Shown here: positions 29,591 through 40,139 of the stretch, in pieces
How positions within the stretch are numbered: the stretch's first letter is position 1
Layout: every line of letters begins with the position of its first letter
Source of the DNA: an uncultured Acidimicrobiales bacterium
GTDB taxonomy: Bacteria; Actinomycetota; Acidimicrobiia; Acidimicrobiales; SHLQ01
Assembly: GCA_938041035.1 (NCBI GenBank)
Contig: CALHYX010000029.1
Span: 130,150-194,149, forward strand
Length of the DNA: 64,000 bases
Reading direction: 5' to 3'
Notes under the pieces: generated by a model
Told to the model about the DNA's origin: nothing
Database searches by the model: none
The model's input: the letters and a program-made list of their open reading frames with translations, nothing else
Position numbers and translations under genes: made by a program

Positions 29591-30805
29591 ATGAGCCCGA
29601 ACTACACGATCATCTCGGCGGACTGTCACGCGGGCGGTAGCCACGAGCAGTACCGCGGCTTCCTCGACAGTCGCTGGCACGAGGAGTTCGACGAATGGCG
29701 CGGCGGCTACAAGAACCCGTGGCGCGATCTCCAGGCCGGCGGCCGCATCCGCAACTGGGACGACGAGGTGCGCAACGGCGACCTCGAAGCCGACGGCATC
29801 GTCGGGGAGGTCATCTTTCCCAACACCATCCCACCGTTCTTTCCGAGCTTTGTGCTGTTCGTCGGTCCGCCCACGCCGGAGGACTACGACAAGCGCCTCG
29901 CCGGCATCCGGGCCCACAACCGGTGGATCGCCGACTTCTGTTCGCGGTTCCCGGAGCGGCGCGCCGGCATCGGACAGATCTTCGTGAACGACGTCGACGA
30001 TGCGATCGCCGACGTCGAGTGGTGCCACGCGAACGGACTGCGCGGGGGCATTCTCCTGCCGAACATCGCACCCGACTGCACCTGGGTGGAGCCCTACCTC
30101 GACAACAAGTACGACCCGCTCTGGGCGGCGTGTTCGGACCTTGGCATGCCGGTCAACGTGCACGGCGGCACGGGGCTTCCCGCCTACGGGCGTTATCCCG
30201 AATCGTCGATGTTGATCTCCCTCGAGACGACGTTCTATGCCCAACGTCCGCTGGTGCATCTGCTGACCTCCGGGGTATTCGAACGCTTCCCCGACCTGAA
30301 GTTCGTGATGACCGAGACCGGGGGCGGTTGGCTGCCGGGGCTCGTCGGCATGCTCGACCTCATGCTCGACCGCATTCGCACCACGGGCCGCATGGGCGAG
30401 CTCAAGTTCGACGACTACGAAGTGCTCCCCCATTCCGCGACGCACTACGTGCGCCAGAACCTCTGGCTGGGCATGAGCCAACCCACCCCGCCCGATATCG
30501 CCGTGATGGACCTCCTCGGCGACACCCACTGCATGTGGGGAGCGGACTATCCGCACCGCGAGGGCACCGGACCGTTCACGCGCGAACACCTGCGCCAGGT
30601 CTTTCACGGTGTACCCGAGACGAGGATGCGCCAATTTCTCGCCGGCACCGCCGCCGAGCTCTACCGGTTCGACCTCGACGCGTTGGCGCCGCTCGCCGAA
30701 CGGATCGGGCCGACGGTGGCCGAACTCGACGAGCCGCTCACCGAGCTGCCCCCCGAACCCAACGAGGCACTCCAACGCGCCGCCGCCATCATCGCGGCGG
30801 CCTAG
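29591..30805 (+). CDS. amidohydrolase-2 (ACMSD-like) family metal-dependent hydrolase/decarboxylase
   Basis: The N-terminal metal motif is IISADCHAG and the C-terminal motif is MWGADYPHREG. The length is typical of Amidohydro_2. GGAGAAACC precedes the ATG. Confidence 0.85.
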   Translation: MSPNYTIISADCHAGGSHEQYRGFLDSRWHEEFDEWRGGYKNPWRDLQAGGRIRNWDDEVRNGDLEADGIVGEVIFPNTIPPFFPSFVLFVGPPTPEDYDKRLAGIRAHNRWIADFCSRFPERRAGIGQIFVNDVDDAIADVEWCHANGLRGGILLPNIAPDCTWVEPYLDNKYDPLWAACSDLGMPVNVHGGTGLPAYGRYPESSMLISLETTFYAQRPLVHLLTSGVFERFPDLKFVMTETGGGWLPGLVGMLDLMLDRIRTTGRMGELKFDDYEVLPHSATHYVRQNLWLGMSQPTPPDIAVMDLLGDTHCMWGADYPHREGTGPFTREHLRQVFHGVPETRMRQFLAGTAAELYRFDLDALAPLAERIGPTVAELDEPLTELPPEPNEALQRAAAIIAAA

Positions 30806-30811
30806 CCAGGC

Positions 30812-32377
<1,566 letters not shown>

Positions 32378-32427
32378 GGCGCGAGCGTAGTGGCCGGTGG
32401 GGGCCCGGCATCGTACGATCGGGACGA

Positions 32428-33213
32428 ATGGCAGTCGTGTTGTTGGGGACGGTGGCGATCGAGCCAAACCGGTGGGCGACGGTCGACCCGTCCGGGCAAC
32501 CGACCACCGAGTTGTCGGCGTGGTTGGATGCCATCGCCGACGCCAGGTTCGACGGCATCGAGTTGTGGGAGCGTCACTTCAGCGCCGTCGATGACTCCGA
32601 GGCCGGGCGCATCGTCGAGCATCCGCTGGAAACGAGGGTGTTCAACACCTATGCATCGTTCGACGAGCCCGCCGACGACGTCCGTCGGGCCGCGGCCACG
32701 AACGCGGGCCGAACGGGCGCCTCGGGCGTGAAGTTCAACGTCGGCAACGAGTCCGACCAGCGCGATCTGTACGCCGACCGGTTGGCCGCGTTCGTCGACG
32801 ACCTACCCGCCGGCACCGCGGCGTTGTGCGAATGCCACTCCGGTATTTCGATCGCCGAGGAACCAGCGGTGGCCGCGGCCATCTTTGACCGGGCGGGATC
32901 CGCCGATCGGGTGCAGGCGATCGTGCACACCCATGAGTCCCTCGATCACCTCCGGACGCGATTCGATGCCTATGGGGACCGGATCACCCACGTGCACGTG
33001 AACTTCCTCGGCGTCGGGGATCCGGGGGCGCCGCCGTTGGCGAACGTGCGCACCGAACTCGAGGCCCGCATCAACCTGCTCGACCAACTCGGTTTCGCCG
33101 GCACCTGGACGCTCGAGTTTGTCCACGGTCTGCTGACCGATGCCGATCGTCCCGGCCCGCTGCTCGAACAAGCCGCGGTCGATCTGACGCTGTTGCGAGA
33201 CCTTCTGCCGTGA
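32428..33213 (+). CDS. sugar-phosphate isomerase/epimerase-like (xylose isomerase-like TIM barrel)
   Basis: 261 aa. The pattern FDGIELWERHF ... CECHSG ... HVHVNF ... WTLEF matches AP_endonuc_2-type metal-ligand spacing. The call is of moderate strength. Confidence 0.7.
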   Translation: MAVVLLGTVAIEPNRWATVDPSGQPTTELSAWLDAIADARFDGIELWERHFSAVDDSEAGRIVEHPLETRVFNTYASFDEPADDVRRAAATNAGRTGASGVKFNVGNESDQRDLYADRLAAFVDDLPAGTAALCECHSGISIAEEPAVAAAIFDRAGSADRVQAIVHTHESLDHLRTRFDAYGDRITHVHVNFLGVGDPGAPPLANVRTELEARINLLDQLGFAGTWTLEFVHGLLTDADRPGPLLEQAAVDLTLLRDLLP

Positions 33214-34217
33214 CCGAGCGACCCACCATCGTGTTGGCCCACTGGCCCGGCATGGACGTGTTCTCCGAGGCCGACCTCGACCGGGTCGACCGGGTCGGGC
33301 GACTACTCAACCGGGCGCCGATCGCCTCGTGGACCGATGACGGCGTCGACGCCCTGCTCGCCGAGGCCGAAATCGTGCTCGGCCACTGGGGGTGCCCGGC
33401 GATCGACGCCGACATGCTCGCTCGGGCCCCGAAACTCCGCTACCTCGCCTACACCGCCGGCACGATCAAGGAGCTCGTCACCGATGCGGTCTGGGCCCGC
33501 GGTATGCGCGTAACCTCCGGGGCCGACGCCAACGCCGAACCGGTGGCCGAGTACACCCTCGCCGCCATCTTGATGGCCAACAAGGACGTCTTCTGGCGTC
33601 GTGACCAGCTGCGCGATCCCACCATCTCCGCCCGCCGAGCGAGTGGCAACGTTCCGACCGGCAACTGGGACAAGACCATCGGCCTGGTGAGCGCATCGAT
33701 CATCGGGCGCCGGGTCATCGAACTACTCCGCCCATTTCCCCACCTCGATGTGCTGGTGTACGACCCCTTCCTCACCGACGCCGAGGCCGCGCGGCTCGGG
33801 GTGCGCCGATCCGAACTCGACGAATTGTGCGCGGCGAGCGACATCGTGTCGATCCACGCACCGCAGCTACCGGAGACCCGTCACCTCATCGGGGTTGACC
33901 AGCTGGCCGCCATGCGTACCGGCGCCACCATCATCAACACCGCCCGCGGCTCGATCCTCGATCACGACGCGCTCACCGCGGAGATCGCCGCCGGGCGGTT
34001 GTACGCGATCCTCGACGTCACCGACCCCGAGCCGCTTCCCGACGATCATCCGTTGCGATCGAGCCCGAACGTCTTTCTCACGCCGCACCTCGCCGGTACC
34101 CAGGGCACCGAGCTCGCCCGTATGGTCGAGTACGTGATCGACGAGATCGAGCGGTACAAGGCCGGCCAACCCGGCCGCAACGAGATCACCAAAGATCGCC
34201 TGTCCCGCCTTGCCTGA
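33210..34217 (+). CDS. D-isomer-specific 2-hydroxyacid dehydrogenase family protein
   Basis: The GTG start overlaps the upstream stop (GTGA). Family blocks are INTARGSILDHDAL and LDVTDPEPLPDDHPLRSSPNVFLTPHLAG. The nucleotide-binding loop is atypical (IGLVSASIIGRRV). Confidence 0.85.
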   Translation: MTERPTIVLAHWPGMDVFSEADLDRVDRVGRLLNRAPIASWTDDGVDALLAEAEIVLGHWGCPAIDADMLARAPKLRYLAYTAGTIKELVTDAVWARGMRVTSGADANAEPVAEYTLAAILMANKDVFWRRDQLRDPTISARRASGNVPTGNWDKTIGLVSASIIGRRVIELLRPFPHLDVLVYDPFLTDAEAARLGVRRSELDELCAASDIVSIHAPQLPETRHLIGVDQLAAMRTGATIINTARGSILDHDALTAEIAAGRLYAILDVTDPEPLPDDHPLRSSPNVFLTPHLAGTQGTELARMVEYVIDEIERYKAGQPGRNEITKDRLSRLA

Positions 34218-35862
34218 GTTCACGACCTCTGGTGAGTTGGCCGATCGAATGGAGGCCGCGGTGGTCGGCTGGCTCGAACAGCTGGCCGAGACGTCGGCCC
34301 CGGATCTCCACCTTCCGCCGGTGTTCGCAGGGCATCGTCTGCACGAGGACACCGGTTGCGATCTGATCTACGTCCTCGGTCTGCTGGTCGAGAGCGGCGT
34401 CGACTCGGTGGCCGGGGTCGACCTGCGAGGCCGGGTCACCACGATCATCGATGGTTTGGACCCGACCCGGGTTGAGGGCTTCTCGAGCTACCGGTTGGGC
34501 GAGACGGTCGCCCGGCTCGGCGGGCTCGCCTCCTTCCCCACCGGGCAGCACGAGGCGATCCGCACCGGTGTGGATTCCCCCAACGTGCGTCGCCAGCTCA
34601 CCGAAGGCGGACCGATACCACCGAATTTCGCCATCGTGGCCGCACGGTGCCTGCAGTCCGCCGCCGACCTCGACGGGGTCGACACCGGGTCGGACCTCGA
34701 GCGGTTTCGCGAGCGGGCGCGGGAAATGTTCGCCGGCGCCGATCGCGGCTGGATCGACGACGGATTCGGCGAGCTCACCCACTACGACATCTACACCCCT
34801 GACATGTACCTGTTCGCCGAGCCGCTGGCGTCGGCGCTGGGCCCGCGGTGGGCCGACGGTCTGCGCCGGGTTCTCGTCGACATCGACGATCTCGCCCAGC
34901 CTGGTGGCGCCATCGTGTGGGGCCGGTCGATCGGCGCTCTCGGTATGGCGATGACCATCGAGCTGGCCGCCATCGCGATCGGTCACGGGTTGACCGACGC
35001 ACCCGATCGCTGGTTGGCCCGGGCCGACGAGACCTTCGGCACGCTCGCCGAGTGGTTCCCCGACGGGGTCATCGCCGCGCACCAAGGTCGAGCCACGATG
35101 TTCTATCGGGGCACGCCGCGTCGACTGCAAATGACCTTCGACCTGTTCGGCAAGTTTCTCCTCGCCGCCCGCGAGCTGCGCCGTCGACCCGATCAGGCGA
35201 CCGCGTCGGCTACCGAGGCATGGCCGCCGGTGGACCGGTTCATCGACTTCACCGCTGACGGAACGGCGACCGGCGTGTGGACCTACCGGAGCGCGGACCT
35301 CACGATGGCGCTGCCCCTGGTTCATGGTTGGGCCAGCGACTACCTGCCGAGCCCGCGGTGCGCCGGGGTGTTCGAACAGCCGACGTCGGGGCACCCGGTC
35401 ATGCTTCCGGTGCTGCATCAGGGTGGCTACGACGAGCGATCGGGCCAGATCGAACAACCGCTGGTACCCGCGGGCCTGCCCACCCGCATCGAGCACGCTC
35501 CCGGCGCGCTCACGGTCGGCCATTCCGGTTGGGCACCGGTCGGCAAGGGCACCGATGCCGTCGTGGTCCAGGGCGACCGCACGGCCACCTATCGCGTGGA
35601 GGGTCCCGACCTGGTGGTCACCGAATCGCTGCGCTTCGCCGCCGTCCCGCGGGACCCGATCACGATCACGGTGCCGGAGCCGGCCGGGGCCAGCCTCGCG
35701 GTGACCGTCGACGAGCCCCACAAACTGCTGAGCATCGCCACCGACGGGCTGGCGGAATGGCGAAGCTTCTGGGGTGAGGCCGCTCGCGTGCACCAGATCG
35801 AGGTCGTGCCCGCCACCGAAATCGACCTGACCTGGCGGGTCCGGACCGGACCCGCCGTATGA
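34210..35862 (+). CDS. hypothetical protein (550 aa), no recognised family
   Basis: Long ORF with high GC3 that overlaps the upstream gene by 8 nt. The start is TTG at 34210 or alternatively ATG at 34249. It is soluble: a helix-rich N-terminal two thirds, then a beta-rich C-terminal third. Confidence 0.6.
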   Translation: MPEFTTSGELADRMEAAVVGWLEQLAETSAPDLHLPPVFAGHRLHEDTGCDLIYVLGLLVESGVDSVAGVDLRGRVTTIIDGLDPTRVEGFSSYRLGETVARLGGLASFPTGQHEAIRTGVDSPNVRRQLTEGGPIPPNFAIVAARCLQSAADLDGVDTGSDLERFRERAREMFAGADRGWIDDGFGELTHYDIYTPDMYLFAEPLASALGPRWADGLRRVLVDIDDLAQPGGAIVWGRSIGALGMAMTIELAAIAIGHGLTDAPDRWLARADETFGTLAEWFPDGVIAAHQGRATMFYRGTPRRLQMTFDLFGKFLLAARELRRRPDQATASATEAWPPVDRFIDFTADGTATGVWTYRSADLTMALPLVHGWASDYLPSPRCAGVFEQPTSGHPVMLPVLHQGGYDERSGQIEQPLVPAGLPTRIEHAPGALTVGHSGWAPVGKGTDAVVVQGDRTATYRVEGPDLVVTESLRFAAVPRDPITITVPEPAGASLAVTVDEPHKLLSIATDGLAEWRSFWGEAARVHQIEVVPATEIDLTWRVRTGPAV

Positions 35863-35890
35863 ACCGCATTCCGATCCGGGAGGATCCCTC

Positions 35891-36835
35891 ATGAGTCAAC
35901 CGCAGCCCACCCTCTCCGTGCAGCTGATCAGCTTTTCCAGCGAGGATCAGCCCGACTGGGCGCCCCTGCTCGATCATGGCCGCGCCGCCGACGCGGCCGG
36001 CGTCGATCGGTTGATCGTGTCGGATCACATTGCGTTCGGCGAAGACCTCGATGCCTATGGCGACCCGAAACAGGGCGGCACCGCCGGCGGCAAACAACCC
36101 ACCGGCCCCGACGGCCACTGGCTCGAGCCGCTGACGCTGTTGTCCTTCGTCGCCGCCCAAACAACCTCGGTGCGGCTGCAGACCGGCATCCTGCTCGCCG
36201 CCCTGCGCCGCCCGGCGGTGCTGGCCAAGACGGCCGCCACGCTCGACGTGCTGTCCGGCGGTCGGCTCGACATCGGCGTGGGCGTCGGCTGGCAGCGGGC
36301 GGAATACGAGGCGGCGGGGCTCGACTTTGACGCCCGGGGCCGCCAACTGAACGAGACGCTCGAAATCTGTCGTGCGCTGTGGACGTCACGGGCGGCGAGC
36401 TACGACGGCGAGGCCGCCAACTTCAGCGGCATCCACGCCCGGCCCAAGCCCGTGGGCCCGGCCGGGGTGCCGGTGTGGGTGAGCGGTCGTATCAACCGGC
36501 CGGTGCTCGACCGGATGGTTCGATTCGGCACGGGCTGGATTCCGTGGGGCGACGATGCCGCCGACCCGCGCCCCGGTGCCGAGGCCATCCGCGCCGCGCT
36601 CGCCGCCGCCGGTCGAGAGACCGACGACATCGCGGTGCAGGGGTCGTTGCCGGCCGTTCGAGATGGTGACGGCCAACTCCAGATCGAGCCGACCATGGCC
36701 GGCGTACCCGCGCTCGTCGATGCCGGCATCACCGACTTCAAAGTCCCGATGCGGCTGTCCGGGAACTACGACGAAACCGTCGAGCAGCTCACGCCGATCG
36801 TCGCCGCGTTCCGGCAGGCCGTCGGCCGGGATTGA
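35891..36835 (+). CDS. LLM-class (luciferase-like) F420-dependent oxidoreductase
   Basis: The blocks VDRLIVSDHIAFG, LEPLTLLSFVAAQTTSVRLQTGILLAALRRP and SGGRLDIGVGVGW are characteristic of the actinobacterial F420 LLM subfamily. Confidence 0.85.
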   Translation: MSQPQPTLSVQLISFSSEDQPDWAPLLDHGRAADAAGVDRLIVSDHIAFGEDLDAYGDPKQGGTAGGKQPTGPDGHWLEPLTLLSFVAAQTTSVRLQTGILLAALRRPAVLAKTAATLDVLSGGRLDIGVGVGWQRAEYEAAGLDFDARGRQLNETLEICRALWTSRAASYDGEAANFSGIHARPKPVGPAGVPVWVSGRINRPVLDRMVRFGTGWIPWGDDAADPRPGAEAIRAALAAAGRETDDIAVQGSLPAVRDGDGQLQIEPTMAGVPALVDAGITDFKVPMRLSGNYDETVEQLTPIVAAFRQAVGRD

Positions 36836-38041
36836 TCAGCGAACCGAGTCGGGGCGCAGCATCGCCTTCACGGCGGTGCCCCACCCGATTCGGGTGCCCT
36901 TGTGCAGCAGCGTGAATTCGTAGAGCCGGCCCGCCACCCGGACCAGCACCACGATGGCGACCAGCAACAGCACCAGCGAAACGACGATCTCCCAGGGGGC
37001 GATCGCATCGCGAGCCACCCGCACCGGAAGCAGGAGCGGGGTCGTGAGCGGCACGAACGTGAGGATGCGCGACACCAGGTTGTCGGCGTCGCCGAACGCG
37101 GCGATCTGGCCGGCGAAGTAGCCGCCCATCAGCGGCACGAAGACCGGCACCATCACCTGGGCAGCGTCTTCTTGGCGCGAGATCAACGAACCGAGCAGGG
37201 CGAAAAGGGTGAGGTAGATCCCGAGCCCGCCGAGCACGCTGACCGCGAAGATGGGCAGAAACGACCAGGCCGAGTCGGGCAGATCCACGTCGGCGGTGAG
37301 CAGTAGGGCGGCGAGGGTTCCGAGGAGCACGATCGCCACCTGGCACACCGCGAGGAAACCGATGCCGAGAATCTTGCCGCCGAGCAGGGTGCGGGGCCGA
37401 ATGTGGCTGAGCAGGACTTCGACGACACCCGAGGCCTTCTCCTCGACCACGCTCATCATCGCCAGGTTGCCGAATACCTGGGGTACGGCGAACGCGGTCA
37501 TCAGACTCACGAACGCGAGCGCCGACGCGACGGCCACATCCTCATCGGGTTCCTCGACGAACCGTTCGCCGATCTCGACCGGGCTGAGCAGTCCGGCCAC
37601 CTCCTCGGGGGCGAGACCGGCCTCGACGCCTCGCTCGATGACGCTGTTCTGGCGGAGCAGGCTGTCGACGAGGAACCCGAGATCCGGGTCGACCTCGTCC
37701 TTCCACGCCAGGACGGGGCCGGGCTCCACCACCACATCGACCGTGTCATCGATCAGGGCGGCATCGACCTCGTCCGAGGCCAGCTGGACAACGGAGAAGT
37801 CGAAGCGATCGACGGCGAGGGCGTCGAGCTGCTCCTCGATCGCGTCGACGTCGACGTCGGCACCGACGATCCCCAGGTCGACCTCCTCGAGATCGTCGCT
37901 CTCCGGCCACACCGCGATAGCGACGGGGATGGCTATGGCGATGAGGAGCAGCAGCGCGGTGATGACCTGAAACGCCTTGGTGCGCGCCCGGACGGTGACC
38001 TCGCGCCGAGCGACCTCCAGGATCTGGGACCGACCGCTCAT
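36836..38041 (-). CDS. ABC-2 type transporter permease (NatB-like)
   Basis: One N-terminal TM, a large extracytoplasmic acidic loop, then five C-terminal TM helices. It overlaps the ATPase gene by 4 nt. Confidence 0.8.
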   Translation of the reverse strand: MSGRSQILEVARREVTVRARTKAFQVITALLLLIAIAIPVAIAVWPESDDLEEVDLGIVGADVDVDAIEEQLDALAVDRFDFSVVQLASDEVDAALIDDTVDVVVEPGPVLAWKDEVDPDLGFLVDSLLRQNSVIERGVEAGLAPEEVAGLLSPVEIGERFVEEPDEDVAVASALAFVSLMTAFAVPQVFGNLAMMSVVEEKASGVVEVLLSHIRPRTLLGGKILGIGFLAVCQVAIVLLGTLAALLLTADVDLPDSAWSFLPIFAVSVLGGLGIYLTLFALLGSLISRQEDAAQVMVPVFVPLMGGYFAGQIAAFGDADNLVSRILTFVPLTTPLLLPVRVARDAIAPWEIVVSLVLLLVAIVVLVRVAGRLYEFTLLHKGTRIGWGTAVKAMLRPDSVR

Positions 38042-38922
38042 CCGACCAGCTCCAGGAAGATGTCGTCGAGCCCCGGTGGTTCATACGAAACCGAGGCGAC
38101 GGTCCCGGCGGCGGCGGCCATCGCGATGAGCATCGAGGCATCGCTGTCGGCGGGCACGGTGAAGGCGCCGGCCCGACCGGGTAGCGCAGCTCCGCCCGGC
38201 GGTACCCAGTCCGGGGCGTCACCCTGCCACTGCACTGCGAGGATCCGATGCGGCGAGCTGTTGCGGAGCTCCGCCACGGTGCCGGTGGCCCGGGTGTTGC
38301 CGGCCGCAATGATCGTGACGTGGTTGGTGAGGTCCTGTACGAGGTCGAGCTGGTGGCTGGAGAAGACCACCGCAACCCCGGAGGCGACCTGCTCGGTCAT
38401 GACCTCGCTCATCGTTGCAACCGCGACCGGGTCGAGCCCGGCGAAGGGTTCGTCGAGGACGAGAAGCGACGGCTCGTGGACGAGGGAAACCGCGAGCTGA
38501 ACCCGTTGCTGGTTGCCGACCGACAACTCCTGGATCAGCGCATCGCGTCGCTCGGAGAGTCCAACCCGTTCCACCCATGCATCGGCTCGGCTGGCGGCGA
38601 TGTCGGCATCGAGCCCCGCCAGTCGGCCGAAGTAGGCGACGTGTTCGTGGACCTTCATCCGCTGGTACAGACCCCGTTCCTGGGGCATGTAACCGATATG
38701 GCGCCGGGCGTCGGAGCCGATGGGGTCGCCGTCCCAGAGGATCGAACCGGCGTCGACCGACAACAGGCCGAGGATCGACCGCATCGTGGTCGACTTGCCC
38801 GCGCCGTTGGGCCCGAGGAACCCGACCATTTGGCCGGCGGGCACCACCAGGTCGACGCCCTCGAGCGCAACGATGTCACCGAAGCGTTTCTCGAGGGCCT
38901 TCACCCGAAGCCGTTCGCTCAT
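38038..38922 (-). CDS. ABC transporter ATP-binding protein
   Basis: The start is MSERLRVKALEKRFG at 38922. Walker A is GPNGAGKSTT, the signature is LSVGNQQRV, Walker B is LLVLDEPFAGLD. Confidence 0.9.
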   Translation of the reverse strand: MSERLRVKALEKRFGDIVALEGVDLVVPAGQMVGFLGPNGAGKSTTMRSILGLLSVDAGSILWDGDPIGSDARRHIGYMPQERGLYQRMKVHEHVAYFGRLAGLDADIAASRADAWVERVGLSERRDALIQELSVGNQQRVQLAVSLVHEPSLLVLDEPFAGLDPVAVATMSEVMTEQVASGVAVVFSSHQLDLVQDLTNHVTIIAAGNTRATGTVAELRNSSPHRILAVQWQGDAPDWVPPGGAALPGRAGAFTVPADSDASMLIAMAAAAGTVASVSYEPPGLDDIFLELVG

Positions 38923-39044
38923 CGGCCGCAACCTAGTGCGGGGTACAACCGCGCACGAATGGGGCACCGTGGTCACGCTGGCCGGGGCGGGGGGCTGATT
39001 CCGGGCCGCCGATGCGCGAACGTCGGAGAACCGCGTAGCGTTCG

Positions 39045-40004
39045 GTGATGCCCGCCATCACCGCCGACGATGTCCGTTCCGCCGCCGAACAGATAGCGGG
39101 GGTGGCGAACCGCACGCCGTTGTTCCGGTCCCGTCTGCTCGACGAACGGTGCGGCACCGAGGTCGTGTTGAAGGCGGAGAATCTGCAGCGGACGGGCTCG
39201 TTCAAGTTCCGCGGGGCCTACAACGCAGTGCGCGGGCTCGACGCCGACGCCCGGGCCGCGGGCGTGGTCGCCTTCTCCTCGGGGAACCACGCTCAGGGGG
39301 TTGCTCTGTCGTGTCGCCTGCTCGGGGTCGCGGCGACGATCGTGATGCCCCACGACGCCCCGGCGGCGAAGGTGGCCGCCACCGAGGGCTACGGGGCCAC
39401 GCTGATTCGCTATGACCGATACGCGGAGAGCCGCGAGGAGATCGGTGCCGATCTGAGCGAACGCGAGGGCCGGGTGCTGATCAAGCCCTACGACGATCCG
39501 CGGGTGATGGCGGGGCAGGGCACCGCCGCGCTGGAACTGATCGAGGACGGGCCCGAAATCGACGGGCTGGTCGTGTGTCTCGGGGGAGGCGGGTTGCTGT
39601 CGGGTTGTTCGACCATCGCCACCGACCTCGTTCCCGACATCGCGATCTACGGCGTCGAGCCGGAGGCGGGCGACGACCACCAGCGATCACGCACCGCCGG
39701 CGAACGGGTCACCATCGACGTGCCGGAGACGATCGCCGATGGCCAACAGACGACGGCACCGGGTGAGTTGACCTGGCCGATCACAAACGCACTCGTGCGG
39801 GACTTCGTTTCGGTCACCGACTCCGAGATCGTGGCCACGATGCGGTTCCTGTTCACCCGCATGAAGCTGGTAGTGGAACCCTCGGGGGCGAGCGCCCTCG
39901 CGGCGGTGATGCACGGTCACATCCCGGTCGGCGAGCGGGTGGGCGTCACCCTGTCGGGCGGGAACATCGGCATCGACCGCTTCCGAGAGCTGCTCGCCAC
40001 ATAA
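39045..40004 (+). CDS. PLP-dependent threonine/serine dehydratase (catabolic-type, no ACT tail)
   Basis: The PLP-lysine motif is KAENLQRTGSFKFRGAYN. SSGNHAQG and the Gly-rich loop CLGGGGLLSG are present. Confidence 0.88.
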   Translation: MMPAITADDVRSAAEQIAGVANRTPLFRSRLLDERCGTEVVLKAENLQRTGSFKFRGAYNAVRGLDADARAAGVVAFSSGNHAQGVALSCRLLGVAATIVMPHDAPAAKVAATEGYGATLIRYDRYAESREEIGADLSEREGRVLIKPYDDPRVMAGQGTAALELIEDGPEIDGLVVCLGGGGLLSGCSTIATDLVPDIAIYGVEPEAGDDHQRSRTAGERVTIDVPETIADGQQTTAPGELTWPITNALVRDFVSVTDSEIVATMRFLFTRMKLVVEPSGASALAAVMHGHIPVGERVGVTLSGGNIGIDRFRELLAT

Positions 40005-40010
40005 GCCACC

Positions 40011-40124
40011 CGCGAACCATCTGGTGCCAGGCACAAGGCGTGTCACACTGGCCGGGATTCATCGAAAAATCGGGGATCTTCAGGCCTCGCGAACCATCTG
40101 GTGCCTGGCACCAGATGGTTCGCG
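40011..40124. repeat. palindromic intergenic element, copy A (half-site, AT-rich box, 37-nt perfect palindrome)
   Basis: 40011-40034 (cgcgaaccatctggtgccaggcac) repeats at 40088-40111 with one mismatch. 40088-40124 is a perfect 18+1+18 palindrome (cgcgaaccatctggtgcc t ggcaccagatggttcgcg). TCGAAAAATCG lies at 40062-40072. The element sits between convergent genes. Confidence 0.85.
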
Positions 40125-40139
40125 AGGCGGCGAACGGTC

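Noticed and set aside
40103-40120. TGGCAC inside the palindrome, considered as a possible sigma-54 (-24/-12) promoter.
   Set aside because: The downstream spacing gives GGTT rather than the TTGC -12 element. The TGGCAC is simply one half of a palindrome. The inferred phylum generally lacks RpoN.
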